A stretch of 64,000 nt of DNA, taken from NCBI RefSeq assembly GCF_022045235.1, contig NW_027266270.1, positions 15,376,001 to 15,440,000 on the forward strand, in the 5' to 3' direction. Position 1 is the first letter of the stretch; each line of letters begins with the position of its first letter. Shown one piece after another: positions 50,699 through 64,000 of this stretch. The position numbers were made by a program, and so were the translations under genes. The stretch comes from Haliotis cracherodii. Lineage: Eukaryota. A model generated the notes under the pieces. That model did not search any database. It was not told where the DNA came from and saw only the letters and a program-made list of their open reading frames with translations.

Positions 50699-53600
50699 CT
50701 AAATCACACCAACCTCTGTCAGAAACCATTTCCCAAACTATCATACAGCCAAGGTACGCATTTAATATTTACTAATTAAAAACTGAATAGAGGTTTCTAA
50801 AAGCCTGATTGTTGTTTGATATCTGGATGCTATAATACTGAATGTCATTTTAGCCAACGTGTTTCGATGCACGGTTTGGATATGCATCATTATGTAATTT
50901 TGTTATTAGTACTCAATTCATTAAGGCCTTTATCAAAACTAAAACTAAACCCAAATCAGTGCTTCCTGGGAATTATTATAAACAAGCCATAAAACCTACA
51001 TTTATTTGTGAAACTCTCAGTCAACATCAGAAGACAGAATGAGAGAGAGGGGTGAGAATCTTAAAATGTGAAGAAAGCGTTAAATATTTACATCGAACGA
51101 AAACATTCAACAATTTCCCTTAGATACTCAAGAAACGCCGGAGGTAAAATCTGGTCTTATTCCGATGATGTTCTGACAGAGAATGAGAGCTCACTCACAC
51201 ATTAATAACTTTCACATTTAAATTTTCTAAGCATGAGAGGAGCCAATTAAGCGCGTTATGACTTGAAGAGAAACTTTATCTTTAGATAAAAGCCTCTCAC
51301 GTCGGCTTGTAAGAGTGTCAAAAAATTAGACGAGCATTCAGAAGAAAAAGCCCGTGTTGTTTATGAAAAATGCAAGATATTGAAACGTGATACGCCCCTG
51401 ACCTGATCGATGTCCTAAACGCATTCTCTTCTCAACCACGACCTTTTTTACATTATGCCACGTTGAACGGTTAATTAAATTTGCTCAAAATTAGCCGACT
51501 TTAACAGTTTCATAGTTAGAAAACCCTCGTTTACGCGTCGCTAGATTAAAGAAACCGGTGTATACATTACAACATGAATTAATACCGGAAGTGTCGAATC
51601 TTTTACACATGTGACCATGTGACCTAAACCAGAGGGGTTGGCGACGGATCTCATGAATATTGATACAATTATTGACCTCTTGACCTGAGATCTTAATCAA
51701 ATGGCGAACGGCATTTAATCTCTGAAAATAAGAGCAATAGAAAAGCTGATTCTCTGGTTTAGGTCCCAGACTTGGCCTATTACAAGACTTGAATCAAGGA
51801 AGCTGATAATGTTTATATTTCTGCTCCCAGTGAGTGATCCCATTTTAGCTACCGAGGAGCACGACTATATGTGTGCATGGAGGCCTCAGAATAACTGGAT
51901 GGCGTCATCCTTCAACAGATTACCGACACAGGCCACAAACAGCTGTCATTATAACATGCGTCTGTGCAGAGAGCGCCATTACACACAGACAACAATTAAT
52001 CATGTCGGGAAAAAGTCGACGCAATGCGAGAATATTCTCTGTTTGTTTACAAACATACAACTCTCGTGTCTGGCATATTCTGTGCGTGAAATGAAATATT
52101 GGCTTCTTCACTCTGAAATAGGTTGTAAGAAAGAATTGAGACTGTTACAGATAGCCACTTGTTGGGAACGTGATGCTTGTTACACTGTTTGGCTCTGCTC
52201 CGAGTGGGCGAGGAAGTGAGTAGAAGAGTGTCCGCTCACGGGTAGTTACTGTTACAAACACTGACATGTGTCAACATGGGGAAAAAATAGATTTTCTAAT
52301 AACATTATTTCACTACAACATACATGTATGCCATATGTTAGTGATTGTTTGTGTCGAAACATTCTAACAATGAATTCTGCGTTTGGCAATTAAACTCCGG
52401 TATATTCACTCAGATCTTATCAACTTGTGTGTGTCGGTTGTTTACAGTAGTATCTTTGCATAGTGAGTTGATCCCCAAAGTTCAGGCATTATAAATTCAT
52501 ATATCCATAATAGAGACATTCCACTGTAAACATAGTTAGCTAACATAATACGGAAATGTGTTAATCCTGACGATTTAATTGTGAACGCCTCCGTCCAGAT
52601 TAACTTGCATGTACAGATTTTATCATCTGAAACCTATAGCTGTTCGATCTCAAAATGATTTTCCTAATTCTACACTTTGTTCATCAAACATCCAACCAAA
52701 CCAGTTTACAATTTATTGTGTCCCTCATTTTCTGAAAATGATCAACCAGGTGATAGTAAATTACTGATTCTTATGTACAGTGCAAATCAGAGGATGCACA
52801 CACGGTAGTGGAATAAATCTCCTAAATACGCTTCTCTCAATCGGAACAAAACACGGCTGATCTTAGACGAAAAACAAACCCAAATAGAAAACCTAATTAG
52901 TGTGTGGCCACAATATGCAACATCTCTATTGAACTAAATATAACTTATTAGAACCTACTGTGCAGCTATGCAAAACGTTTTGATAAGAGATTACAAAGAA
53001 AAGAATTGTGTAACAATGTTCAAAGAATACGAATTAAGTCAAGTGCAGCTTCGTCATAGTCAGAGTGAAGGTGCATACTCCAATAATCTCGCTCAAAGTG
53101 AAAGTCATTTCTCAAATAGACATGACGGACCTTTTCTTCGTCATCGCCTCAAAATGTGATAAATATATAGTGATAATAAGTAATAAAGCAAAGTCGCCAA
53201 TAATTGTAATAAATTGAAAGAAGGCAAACAACTTAAACTTCACAAGTGCCCTCCAAAACGATTTTCCTGACAAAATAGGAAATAAGATATGATATTATAA
53301 CACGAAAAACAAAGTTCAGTAGTCTTTAACATACATCTAACACATATAAGAAACAAATCTCGATTGTATGTATCTGTGTCGTTAAGTCACCAAGCACAGC
53401 TTTAGTTCGTTTGAATAAGGGTATATTAAAGTGTGACACCATTAATCAGCATCTTGTGGATATTTCACCACACTCAAAGGTCAACACGGTTTGAGTTAAG
53501 TGTTGCTTTGCTGTGAGTTAAAATCATCGACTTCTCCGCGTCAGATGCCCAGAATGATTTGTCGGTCGAAGTCCGAGCAGCATGGCGATCCCTTGACACT

Positions 53601-54101
53601 ACCCGTGAAGAAAAATCAAAGCGAAAGCGGCGAAAATGTGTTCCCGTCTATTAGAGATTGAGGAGACACATTGGAAACGATGGAATAACGGAGATAAAAT
53701 AGCCAGAGTTGACCATCGGTGACTAATTTAATTATCTGCGGTATTCAATCGAACGGGAAGCGACGCCGCTGAACGACGTCAGCGTCCTGTCTCATGGAAT
53801 ATACTTCGTGGGCTTAACATGTCTACACTGTGCTTCCATGCGGCAGTGACACCGTAGGATGTACTTATCTAGGCTATTCTTCTACATGGGAATATCTGTA
53901 GTCTTGAGAGTGTCAGCTAATTATAAAACGTTGAGTATGCGACGAAACAGATTCCACTGGGCGGATATGGCAAAATAGTGGCGAAAATTGTATGAATGGA
54001 GTTCCTGACGAAACGTGTGAGATGAGAAGGTGCACCACAAAGAGTAGCATGGATAGTGCTCCATAATGTGGTATGTGTCTTTGTAGAATAATGTCTCTAT
54101 A

Positions 54102-54668
54102 TACGAGGGGCATTCAATAAGATTTGCAACTTGGGCATTTGAGTTTACACAAACAATGTCAACTTGTGGCATGTGTGACACTAGTCATAACATCAGGTTG
54201 ACACGTGTCATAACAAGTTCCAGACACATCAATAAGTTAGATGGGGTGGCTTCATTCACCTAAGGGTGGTCACAATCATGGATTCTCTCAAACATGAACT
54301 TAGTCCTGTAATAAAGATCCTAAACAAGGAGGGATGCAAAGCAAAAGAAATCCAGATGTGAAATGTGTGAATGTAGAAATCACCAACCCATAGACGTAGC
54401 CCCCAGTGACTATTTCCTGTTCCGGCTAATGAAATGGACCACACCTGGAAGACACTTCCAGGATGACAAGGACATAGCGGCTGCCACAGAGGCGCGGTTA
54501 GAGGGCCAATCTGCGCATTTCTATAAAAAGTGGTATTAAAAGCTGGAAGGACAAATGGCATAAGTGTATTGAGGTGAATGTGGATTATATTGAAAAATAA
54601 AACTGCAAAAGATATTCTGCGACTTGGTCTCATATTGAAGTTGAAAAACTTATTGAGCGCCCCTCGAA
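54102..54668 (+). mobile_element. Internally deleted mariner element
   Basis: TIRs TACGAGGGGCATTCAATAAG / CTTATTGAGCGCCCCTCG. C-terminal DVAPSDYFLF...KWHKCIEVNVDYIEK*. Empty TA site in the paralog at ~38250. Confidence 0.9.
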
Positions 54669-56433
54669 TGTGTAATTAAGTCGCTTAATAAGTTACGTTT
54701 GCGTTACTTTGTAGATATACATAGATGTATGTACATCCCTACTGTAGCTCTCCCTCTGTAGATGAAGGTATCTCAATTAGCTTTAGTAAAGACGTATGTC
54801 TACCATAAGGATGGTTGTTTATTAGAAAGACTGAAAAAAACGTGAAAAACGCCAGTTAGAGGCAGCTCATTTTGTTACTAGGTTACCGAAATATACCACT
54901 GTGATGCTCCCTGTTATGAAACTGGTTGGAATACACTTGCAGAAAGAAGAAAACTGTACTTGTTTTAGAAAATTTACAATGGTGTAGCCCCGTTGTACTT
55001 TTTAGCCTTTGTTCAGCATTAAATCAAACTCACTCAATCATAAAAGTATACATTCTGTCATTATCAAAATTCTCAGATAAAAGTCATAGTTTAACGCCAC
55101 TGAAACGGCCTGAAAAAATTTTGACCTGTTTTTTTGTGCTAAACTTACATTTGTATGAGTGAACATGTTTCACTTTAAATGACAGTGGGATAATACTGAT
55201 GGACAATGTTGATCTAATAAGACGAAGTTGGGAGTGTTCATGAAGGACTCACACATGCAATTAAGAAACAGTCAATATACAATGATTTGAGAGACAATGA
55301 TAGAGCGGACCTCAGGAACTGCACACAAATGTCTGAATACAAGTCCCGAATGTTCTATGTCCACACACGGCCGTGGTCGCTGTCTTTGCCGAACGTGACG
55401 ATACTGTTATCATTACGACAACTCTTATATGTAAATTGTTCTTACCGAAAAGCGTAATTAGCAACGCTTGATGGTCTACCTTCGCTCTTACCGCAATTCA
55501 TATATAACTATTTCATAATCGTTTGCATTTGTGAAAAACAAAATCGGCAGAACAAAAGCCTTTCGCAAACGGAGTTTTCTACCTAACCTTGTTTCAATTT
55601 TCATGAGAATCCTTGTGTGGGATGGACAAACCAGTGCAATTTGTTGTTCTTCTCAATTAAAAATCTGTTGATGTTTGATGGTCATATTTCTTTTCACATT
55701 GGCGTAAAGTATGTTTAACCGGTAAAAATCTGGTATGATTCCTGTGAAGCCTGTTTCGTCGGATAAAATTATATGTTTCTATTATCCATCGTAAATTCTT
55801 TTGATATGGTTTAATATGAACAAGCTAGGGATATCGGCCAAACAAATGTGTTCTAACATGTTATGTGCCAAGTCCAGAGCAATAGGTCTTCGAACATGTT
55901 ATGTTTAATCCAGGGCAATAGGTCTTTCGAGATTTTATATTCTTTTAGGGACAGCTGCAAAACCAGTTATCTTTTTTTAATAAAACTATGAGTCTGCCTA
56001 TTTTCGTAAGAAAAGCACTTTGTTTGACCGCCTGAGTCGGCCAGGCCTTGTTTTATCACCAGTCAGGGTAATAGCAACTTCACCCTTTTAACGTCTTTTG
56101 AAGTCCGAAGACCTTCTGCTCTCCGGGCAGATGCTCGAAGATGCCTACTAAACTACAGAGGCGGTCACAGAGCATAATGACACATACAAAACCAAGTCAG
56201 TAAGCCAAGTCAGTATGACTACCCGATACACTTTGTCACCTCTCACGACCAACAATGATGTGCTGGGGACCTATTGTTTTATAGTGCAAGCCCACTGAGC
56301 CGTATTGTAACAAGGATACCACCCTCTGACACATGATTCTGACTCTCTGAGCCGACACGTCCTTATCTTATCACTAAATGTCAAAAGCCAGTCAGGGTAA
56401 CAAAAACTACTACCTTTCAACGTCTTTTGACGT

Positions 56434-56711
56434 GGGGGCACGGGTGGCCCAGTCGTCTAAGGCGCCGCGATTCGCTGTGCAGTTGCGTCCCTTGGGCACG
56501 CCAGAAACCTATGATTGTGGGTTCGAGTCCCGGTTCGCCCCGATTATGTTTCTAGGTTTGTCAGCACCATACCCGTGCTCGTGGGTTTCACCGAAGTGGT
56601 AAACGTCTGAGACCTGCATCACTTCGGGCTTTCCTCCCACTTTAAGCTGACACGCCGTGATATAACTGGAATACTGTTAAAAACGGCGTAAAACCAAACT
56701 CACTCACTCAC
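56434..56711 (+). mobile_element. SINE family V, full length
   Basis: TSD TCTTTTGACGT. Confidence 0.9.
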
Positions 56712-56804
56712 TCTTTTGACGTCCACCGACCTTTTGCTCCCCTGTCAGAAGCACCACTCACTAAACCACGGAGGCAGTCACGGCGCATGATGACACGCAC
56801 ACAG

Positions 56805-56902
56805 CCAAGTCAATGAACCTGACTACCCGATACACTTTGTCACCTCTCACGACCAGCAATGGTGCGCTGGATACCTATTGTGATCCAGGTACCCACGGGG
56901 AC
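56805..56902 (-). mobile_element. Older family R head remnant (paralogous remnants at 24313-24381 and 56200-56277)
   Basis: Minus strand reads CCCGTGGGTACCT...AATAGGTATCCAG...GTCGTGAGAGGTGAC...ATCGGGTAGTCAGG. Confidence 0.65.
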
Positions 56903-59282
56903 CAATAGTAACGGTGTTGTCTTCACGTATCAAGTAACCAGAACTATTGGCTTTGCGCGCAATAGTTACTATCGGAAAATTACATCTCGGGAGGGGACTG
57001 AGGTGGGGACGATGTCAAATCTCACGCCCACCCACCCTGGCTCCGCCACTGGTGCACCCTGGTTGTGTTGAGACGCAGTTCAAGATCTATCTGACTGAAC
57101 AAACCGTGAAGTTAAAACAACATGTAGCTGTTTTCTAAACAACAGATATGGCAGTGGAAATGTATTGATTATTCATATCTGGTCACGGTTAGGTGACCAT
57201 GAGTTAGATTACCATCTGAAATTGTGTCTAAAACGTGGGATACTTGATGGCAATGAAAGAGAACATTAACGTTAAAGGGCCATTGCCAGACACTTCATGG
57301 TACATGTAATACAAGGTGTATGTATGAGTACTTTGGCGGATGGAGTATATGAAATAATTCCCATCAAAACAGTACTACCCGTAACTGTTAAAAGTGCCCG
57401 TTCGCATTCCATTTTACTCCTCTCTGGCCATTTACATGCTGAGATCAGTTTTGAGTTGGTCCAGTGTATGCATTTGTGACCTGTGTCCATAATAGTCAAC
57501 CTGATGTAGTGGAGATCTCTAGTTATGCATACCCGTAACGACTGTGATTAGAACAGAGATAGCCACTCGTCGTCCTAAACATCAATGATGGACGGAAATT
57601 GACAACAACACACTTATTTAAAGGTCTAGTAGATTATACTAACTATCCTGTCTGGTAGATTGCACGAGGCAGTGGTGAGAGAAGGGGTATCCTATGTGGA
57701 GGGGAATGTCCAAGTAACTCTCCATTCAATTAAAATGATTGAGCCGCGCGCAACCCTCACCACCTCCGAAATTATGTAAATTGTAAATGCCAGGGCGCGA
57801 CGGAGCTTGGTGCACGTGCAACAGTGGCAGAGAATGTATTCCTCGTGCATCACGTAGTATAAATACAAAGAGTTCTGGTTGATTTCTCAAATATTTTCCA
57901 CAGGACAATATTTCGTCAAAGTTGTAAAAGTAGCCGTGTGTTTTCAGAGGGGAATATCCTCCTGAATTGGGACCTCGGCTACATTATTTTTCAAGTTTGA
58001 AGAAAATGACGTCACAGATGTGTTTTAATTCAGTTTCGGCGTCAAGACCACGTAACATTCCTCATTTGTTTATTTGATTTACCCGTCAATTACCTTTTAG
58101 TAGTATTTCTTACGTAAATAAACTTAAATGCCACAGAAAAAATCATTATATATTATCTTTCACCTGTATTGTTTATGTTGTTTACTTGTTTTTTGCAAAT
58201 AGTGTTAAACAGCTGTCAACAGGGCCCCCAAAATGACCAAGAAGCGAGCCTTTGTTAAAGTGGAGTAAAACTTAATACAAGCTTAGTAAATATACTGAAG
58301 ATTATTTGAAAGATGGATAGTAATCTCTAACTAATTGATTAGTAAACTGCACTATTATAGGCCGTGAAAAAAACATTTTGAATATACATGGACAAATGCC
58401 CTGTTCAGTCTGCAAGGTGCGCTTCACAAGATTAAACTACAAACTACAATTATAGTTGAATACATGGTTTTGCGAATAACGTAGCAGGTACATATATGAA
58501 TAAATAACAAAAACAAAACAAGGACAATCATATGGGATGACATATTACATAAACAACTTCACGTTTAATTATATGTTTCAGTTTGGGTCGAACTATCCTT
58601 CTTTGACATGACCTTTAGGTGAAATTAATCTGTCTGCTTGGATGTTGTTCAATTTGTGTTCCACATGGTCCAATGGTTCTCCCCTGACGTGATAGCCGAG
58701 TTTTCTGTTCTGTAAAGGTTCCCATATGTCGTCTCTGATCATAATGGCCAATCTCACAACCATACCCGCTTTGATAACATATGCACGATAATCTTCAGTG
58801 AGATATATGCCACCCGCTAATCTGTTAGTCTTGATGATGGAGCTTAATCACGCGAACGCGTTCAACCTTTTAATCACGATGCAGATCATGTTAGGGACTG
58901 TCATAATTCGAAACAAAATCATAAAATGAAGAAAATCCGTAGGCAATAACACATGTCTTGTTTCCTTCATGGACGTCTGGACACGAAAGATGTCACAGAG
59001 ATGCCAGATAGACCGCGTTATGTTGTGCACATATCCACCTGCTGGTCAAGACAAGATGGTCAGATCAGGAAGGACATTGACCATGCAAGCAGGTGTTCGT
59101 CAAGATGAGGCACTTGGACAGTCATGCACATTCGAATAATGAACTCACACAACACATTATACGACTTTACAATCCAACTCGTTAAATATGGTAAATGTGT
59201 TACACTACTTGTGGTAGTCTTTTGCCATGTCATGCATCACAATTACACTCAAGCAATCACATCCTCACTAGAGTTATTTAGT

Positions 59283-59438
59283 GAGTGAGTGAATATGGTT
59301 TTACGCCGCTTTGAGCAATAATCCAACAATATCACGGCGGGGGACACCAGAAAAAGGGCTTCACACATTGTACCCATGTCGAGAATCGAACCCGGGTCTT
59401 CGGCGTGACGAGCGAAGCTTAAACCACTAGGCTCCCCG
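59283..59438 (-). mobile_element. SINE family D
   Basis: 12-bp TSD GAGTTATTTAGT. Confidence 0.9.
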
Positions 59439-61136
59439 GAGTTATTTAGTTGCCAATGGCTATGTTATACTGTGGTTCGTGTTATGTATCAAAGATACAC
59501 GTGTCCTTTAAGCCTATGATAAACTATATATGACACGGTTCATATCAGGTAGGCGTATGATATATTTATATATATGATGTCTGTAAAAAATATGTTTTGG
59601 TACTGCAGTCCATAGAACAACTAACGAGTCAGGTCAAAACAGTATTTCTGAAATATCAAACAGAAACAAATACCTGACAATCATTCAAAATAAAAGACTT
59701 CTTTGTTATTGAATCACTCAAAAAAATACATCTCTTCCTTTATCTTCTAGTGATCTATCTATAAAAGAGAAATATCTACTCTCAAACAGCCTCTAAAAAG
59801 AATGAATGAATCATCGTTTGGTTGTCAAAATGTTCAAAACCATGTATGAGGTGAAGTGAGGTGAAATGTGGTTTACGTCGCGTTCAGGATTATTTCACTG
59901 ATATAGTGCATAGATACCCCACTCATACACAGTATACTGGCTCGGAGCCGACCAGTCACAGTACATGTATGACGTTGATACTCGTGATGTTAATTCATCA
60001 AGAAATATTTAAGCAACGACATAAGGGTCTGTGGCCAGTTCTTGTTTATCCCTTAATGCCGATCGCGAACGTCAGTCAGGGTAATAGAAGTAGCTTCACT
60101 CAACATCCTGTGGTATGAGGCAGCAAGGGGATCGTAGCACCGACCTTCCGCTCTCTGTACAGACGCTCTGTCACATTAATACCAGTGTGTGAATATAAGT
60201 TTCAAATTATGAAAGACAACGAGTACAATTAACTAATACCTTTTTGCCTATGCCTGCAATTGCTTGTCAGTAATTCAAAAAACCCTACCACTATTATTGC
60301 TGGTTATTCCCATCCTCTGTTTCATAAATTACGACAAGCTAGTGATTTTATTAGTTCAACTTCGTCTAATTTCTAACAAACAGTAAAGTTCTATGGTAAA
60401 TATCTCGATAATAAATATTTTTTCAAACAACGATGTGCTTCTTAACAAAGCAGACATCCTAACTCAGTGATTCAGTGATCTATTTTGAGACACACTTGTA
60501 AGCTGTGTTTAGTTAACAACGACTAGAGTTATCTCCCTTATGTTCTTGCTCTTCCCATGCCCGTTAGAATCCATGCTCATCGAATACTTCAGTCTCTCAA
60601 CATAACACGCCCGACATATCGTGCAGATTACCCCCATTGAGCTTTGACTTGAATCACACATTCAATCCTACCCATCGAACAGTAATCAGCTAGTCACGTA
60701 ACTGAAAGAAACGTCTCTGACACGAAAAGCCAATCGATTGGGGGCAGTATTTGTAGAATTTATACCTCTAGCTGACATCTGCTTTTGTCTTCCAAATGGC
60801 ACAATAGTAAAGTGAACAGCGATATTTAGAGAACAAACTCTTCGATTCCAGTCAGAAGGAATCGCGGGAATGTTATCCGTATACGAGGGGACAACCTGAT
60901 GCCACAAGGACTAACTCTTTCACAAAAGCACAAATTCATTCTTTGAAGGAGAATCTATAAAAGAAGTAAGGTTAGCCACACGGGACAGTTAGACAGTTAG
61001 ACAGTTAGACAACACGTCTACCCTGTGTAATGTTCACCACGTTATTATTTGGTCGCTCAAATGTATGGAAGTTTCTCAACTGAACATTGATAAAGAACTT
61101 GATATTCTTTCCGAGGCAAGGGCGTCAACTGACCGT

Positions 61137-61600
61137 AAAAGTCCAGTTTCCAATCTTGTTAAGCTAGGCTGGAATTCCGGAGTTACATTTTGGCTGGACA
61201 AACGAGTCTGTGCATTGTCCAATCATAATCGCGTAACGAAATAGACATCCGATTCGTAAACAACAAGTACATGTATTTCAACGTGCATATTTCGGTCGAC
61301 TTCGATTTACAAAGCATGTGTAACCCAACATATATTTGGCAAATCCTTTCATGTTTTTAATCAGGGTGGTCAAGTGATTTGATGCAGCTCGCTGGGTAAA
61401 ACCCGTTTTATTGCGTTAATTAGCGATTGGATCGTCTTGGCTGGGCGCCGCCATTTTGTTTAAGGCAAAGGCAATGTATGTGAGAGATGGAATCCGATTG
61501 GTCAAAAGGATTGACATAGAAGGGACATAACACGTAAAAGGTTCTAGGATCGAGCCTGGAAATTCCAGCCTAGTTTGGCTAGGATGGAACCTGGACGTTT
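61137..61600. mobile_element. MITE with ~40-bp TIRs inside segment B
   Basis: GTCCAG...CTAGGCTGGAATTCC / GGAAATTCCAGCCTAG...CTGGAC; absent from paralogs. Confidence 0.75.
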
Positions 61601-63201
61601 AAAGCATACATCTACATACTTCATACCTGTTCAGTGGGTTATAGTTTGTTTTCGTCCAATTTCATAGCCGAAGAACATTTATCGGCAATAAAGGATGCAA
61701 AAAACGCTAAATTCATCTAAATCGTATAAGCTTGCAAAACGGGCAAGCCAAGGACACGTTCAGGGGGAGGAACAGAACCCGAGAAATCAGACATCAATTC
61801 TGCATCAGGGGACATGCTCATGCTTTACATGCTCCCGCGGATGGCTTTTGAATGCTGTAACTATTGGTGAAATCACTGTGAACTTAACATCAAATATTGG
61901 ACAAAAAAACAGTGTAACGCCTGATACGTTTAGATCTAAAGAAACATCAAACGGATTCGTGCCTTTGGGATTGTCATTTTTGACAAACCGATTGGTGATT
62001 TGTGGCCTTCTCGTTGTCATTCTATAAACTTCGTTCCTTCTCCAGGCATGACGACATTAGTCAACATGTTATATTACATCCACCTTTGTAATTTACTCTT
62101 ACTTGAGATTTTATTAATATAACCGATCTCTCGTCCATTGGAAATTGAAATTCTAATGATTATAAACAAATAATTGACAAATTCGTTACTTCCAGGTTTT
62201 ACGTCTGCAGTGTTCATTGTCGTTGTCATTCAATGAGACTTTTGATTTAGTTGTATTTAAGAAGAGGACACATAAAACACGGTTTCTCTCCTACGGAAAG
62301 CACGCTTTCGTCTACAAACTATTTAAAGCCAGTCTCAAAACAACGCCAAAATTGACAGGTTGCGTAAATGTAAAGTTGATGAAAGTTAAAACTATGGAGG
62401 ACATGGATCTGATGTTTGTCGACCATGACCGTGCATCCTCAGCAGACAGCGCTTGTAGTGTGTGGTCTCCTCTCCGTCTCTTCTTTCGAGACAGACCGAC
62501 ATATTGTTCACTTGAGTGGCGGTTATAAGGGAACATGGGAATATTTGGGGAGCAAATAGTTAGAATTAAGAGACTTGGCAGACAATGTTTACAGTTCCAT
62601 ACATAAAACATGCTCTTGCAATATGTAATATAGATGTATGATCAAGCGTCTGTCTGTGCCTGATGGTTTAATAAAGTAGCCGGTAAGTGTTTGACGAATG
62701 TTAACAACATGCCATTACTCGCCATGACATAATTTCAACATTCCAGAGGACACGATCTTGTAGAACGATGGATCAGGCAGTGCCGATATGTGCTGACGAA
62801 GGTGCATGCTTTAGAAGCCCTAATATACTTAAAGGTCAAATGGATTTAGCGTTAATGCCATAACTCTATATGTCTGAATGTCAAGCAGATGGAGAGTGCA
62901 AAGGAATCCCAACATATATGAAGACGACAAATTGATATGGTGATATGGAATGTGCAGCTTTCCCTTTTAAGACAACTTACTAATAGACCTCCCATCAAAC
63001 ATTCTAAAACATGCCGGATGTCCAATCTAGGTTGAAAATCTCTAACGATACGTTTATTGTGGTTTATGAAAAATATACTGATTGGCCTAACTAGAGGCAG
63101 GATGAGACCCCGAAGGTGGTACCTGACAAAGGTCGATTTAATGTTTGGTCAGAGCACTCTTTACTACGTTGGAGGTATCAGTACTATCTGAAACTCAACA
63201 G

Positions 63202-63308
63202 GGCCCCGTTCCACAAAGCGATCTTAGCGCTAAGTCGGTCGTAACTCCCATTCTTTAACCATAACTTACGACAGTCGTAGCGCTAAGATCGCTTTGTGGA
63301 ACGGGTCC
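63202..63308. mobile_element. Short palindromic MITE with CAG TSD (Harbinger-like); degenerate relative at 37490-37604
   Basis: TIR GGCCCCGTTCCACAAAGCGATCTTAGCGCTA, 3-bp TSD CAG, empty site AACAGGTA at ~33400. Confidence 0.85.
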
Positions 63309-63707
63309 CAGGTACACAGAATCATCATGTCGGATTACGCCTTTCTTTTAATCAGTTCGTTAGCAAGAAGTACCGCCCAGATGATCTTACAGCTGCATAT
63401 GTAATGCGTAGCACTGTCAACTGTAAGGATGAAACATGTCTGGTTCACTTAAGTTTCCATTAGGAGATTGTGGGTATTCCGCGACACCACAAAACCTTGG
63501 ATACACAATCAGTGGAATATGAGATAATATGTCCGTGGTTTGAATTCCGATTCTTCTCGTGGTAAGGCTGCCGTCATTCATTGCACTCGTAACCTCAAAC
63601 ACTACTATCATCACCATCATCCTAATCACGCCTTTCACTACCATAACTCACTATCGGCACAATCACCAAAAACTATTTGCCACTTCACCACCTCCACTCC
63701 ACCATCA

Positions 63708-63996
63708 TACGGAAGCGTAGTAGGGCCAATGACCAATGTGATTTTTTTGGTCTAAGTATCTCCTACGTAGGACTTAGTACGGACTGGAATAACTATCTCC
63801 TTCGTAGGAAGTCCTACGTTGGAGATAGTAAGTCTTACGTAGGAGATACTAAGTCCTACGTTGGATATAGTAAGTCGTTCGGAGGAGATACTAGGTCCAT
63901 TGTAGAAGATACCAAGTCCTACGTAGGAGATAAAAAGTCCTACGTAGGAGATATTTAGACAAAAAGAAATCACCGTGGCCCTACTACGCTTCCGTA
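63708..63996. mobile_element. TA-flanked MITE with internal 21-bp tandem repeats
   Basis: Perfect TIR TACGGAAGCGTAGTAGGGCCA. Internal unit AAGTCCTACGTAGGAGATACT contains the palindrome TCCTACGTAGGA. Confidence 0.85.
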
Positions 63997-64000
63997 CCAT

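Larger units (their letters stand above)
47830..57500 (+). pseudogene. Array copy 5 (most complete segment set): A fused to deleted B, then C, D, E, F
   Basis: Acceptors at 47829, 51231 and 55185; donors after 50261, 52215 and 54070. C gives SCLAYSVREMKYW...C...LLQIATCWE (CTL-like). The end of D gives a frameshifted CDE.RFH..D...V.NGVPD (LDLa-like). F gives HPGCVETQFK. Confidence 0.65.
58582..63561 (+). pseudogene. Array copy 6: segments A and B (continues beyond the window)
   Basis: Acceptor tgtttcag at 58581 and donor gtaagg after 63561. Remnant RTMDQAVPICADEGACF (CTL-like). Interrupted by a SINE and MITEs. Confidence 0.65.

Noticed and set aside
60686-62611. Minus-strand reading of segments A and B as the coding strand
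   Set aside because: Splice signals and domain motifs are consistent only on the + strand.
63677-64000. SYVGDTK-repeat ORFs
   Set aside because: 21-bp repeats inside a TIR-bounded MITE.

Overview
AT-rich, repeat-dense animal genomic DNA, most likely a gastropod mollusc; the SINE families resemble abalone/Haliotis repeats as I recall them (inference). There is one assembly gap (35076-35227). I find no intact protein-coding gene, rRNA, true tRNA or CRISPR array, and the long ORFs in the track are artefacts of minisatellites and microsatellites. The backbone is a head-to-tail array of about six partial, heavily disabled copies of one multi-exon gene on the + strand (segments A-B-C-D-E-F, unit about 10-11 kb). 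Remnant translations show CUB-like, C-type-lectin-like, LDLa-like and LRR/LRRCT-like motifs, similar to a GRL101-type or other mosaic receptor ectodomain. An older paralog lies on the - strand at about 2.9-7.8 kb. The array carries four SINE families (three share one 3' tail), RTEX-like and Tx1-like LINE fragments, Tc1 and mariner relics, several MITEs and satellites. The most interesting signals are: (1) a SINE whose head is not tRNA-derived but a compact, covarying, pseudoknotted RNA fold matching no ribozyme class I know; (2) a TSD-flanked mini-element with inverted arms, each carrying a hammerhead-type core of the U3-A8 variant; (3) a TSD-flanked chimeric SINE that captured flank from a locus 5 kb away.
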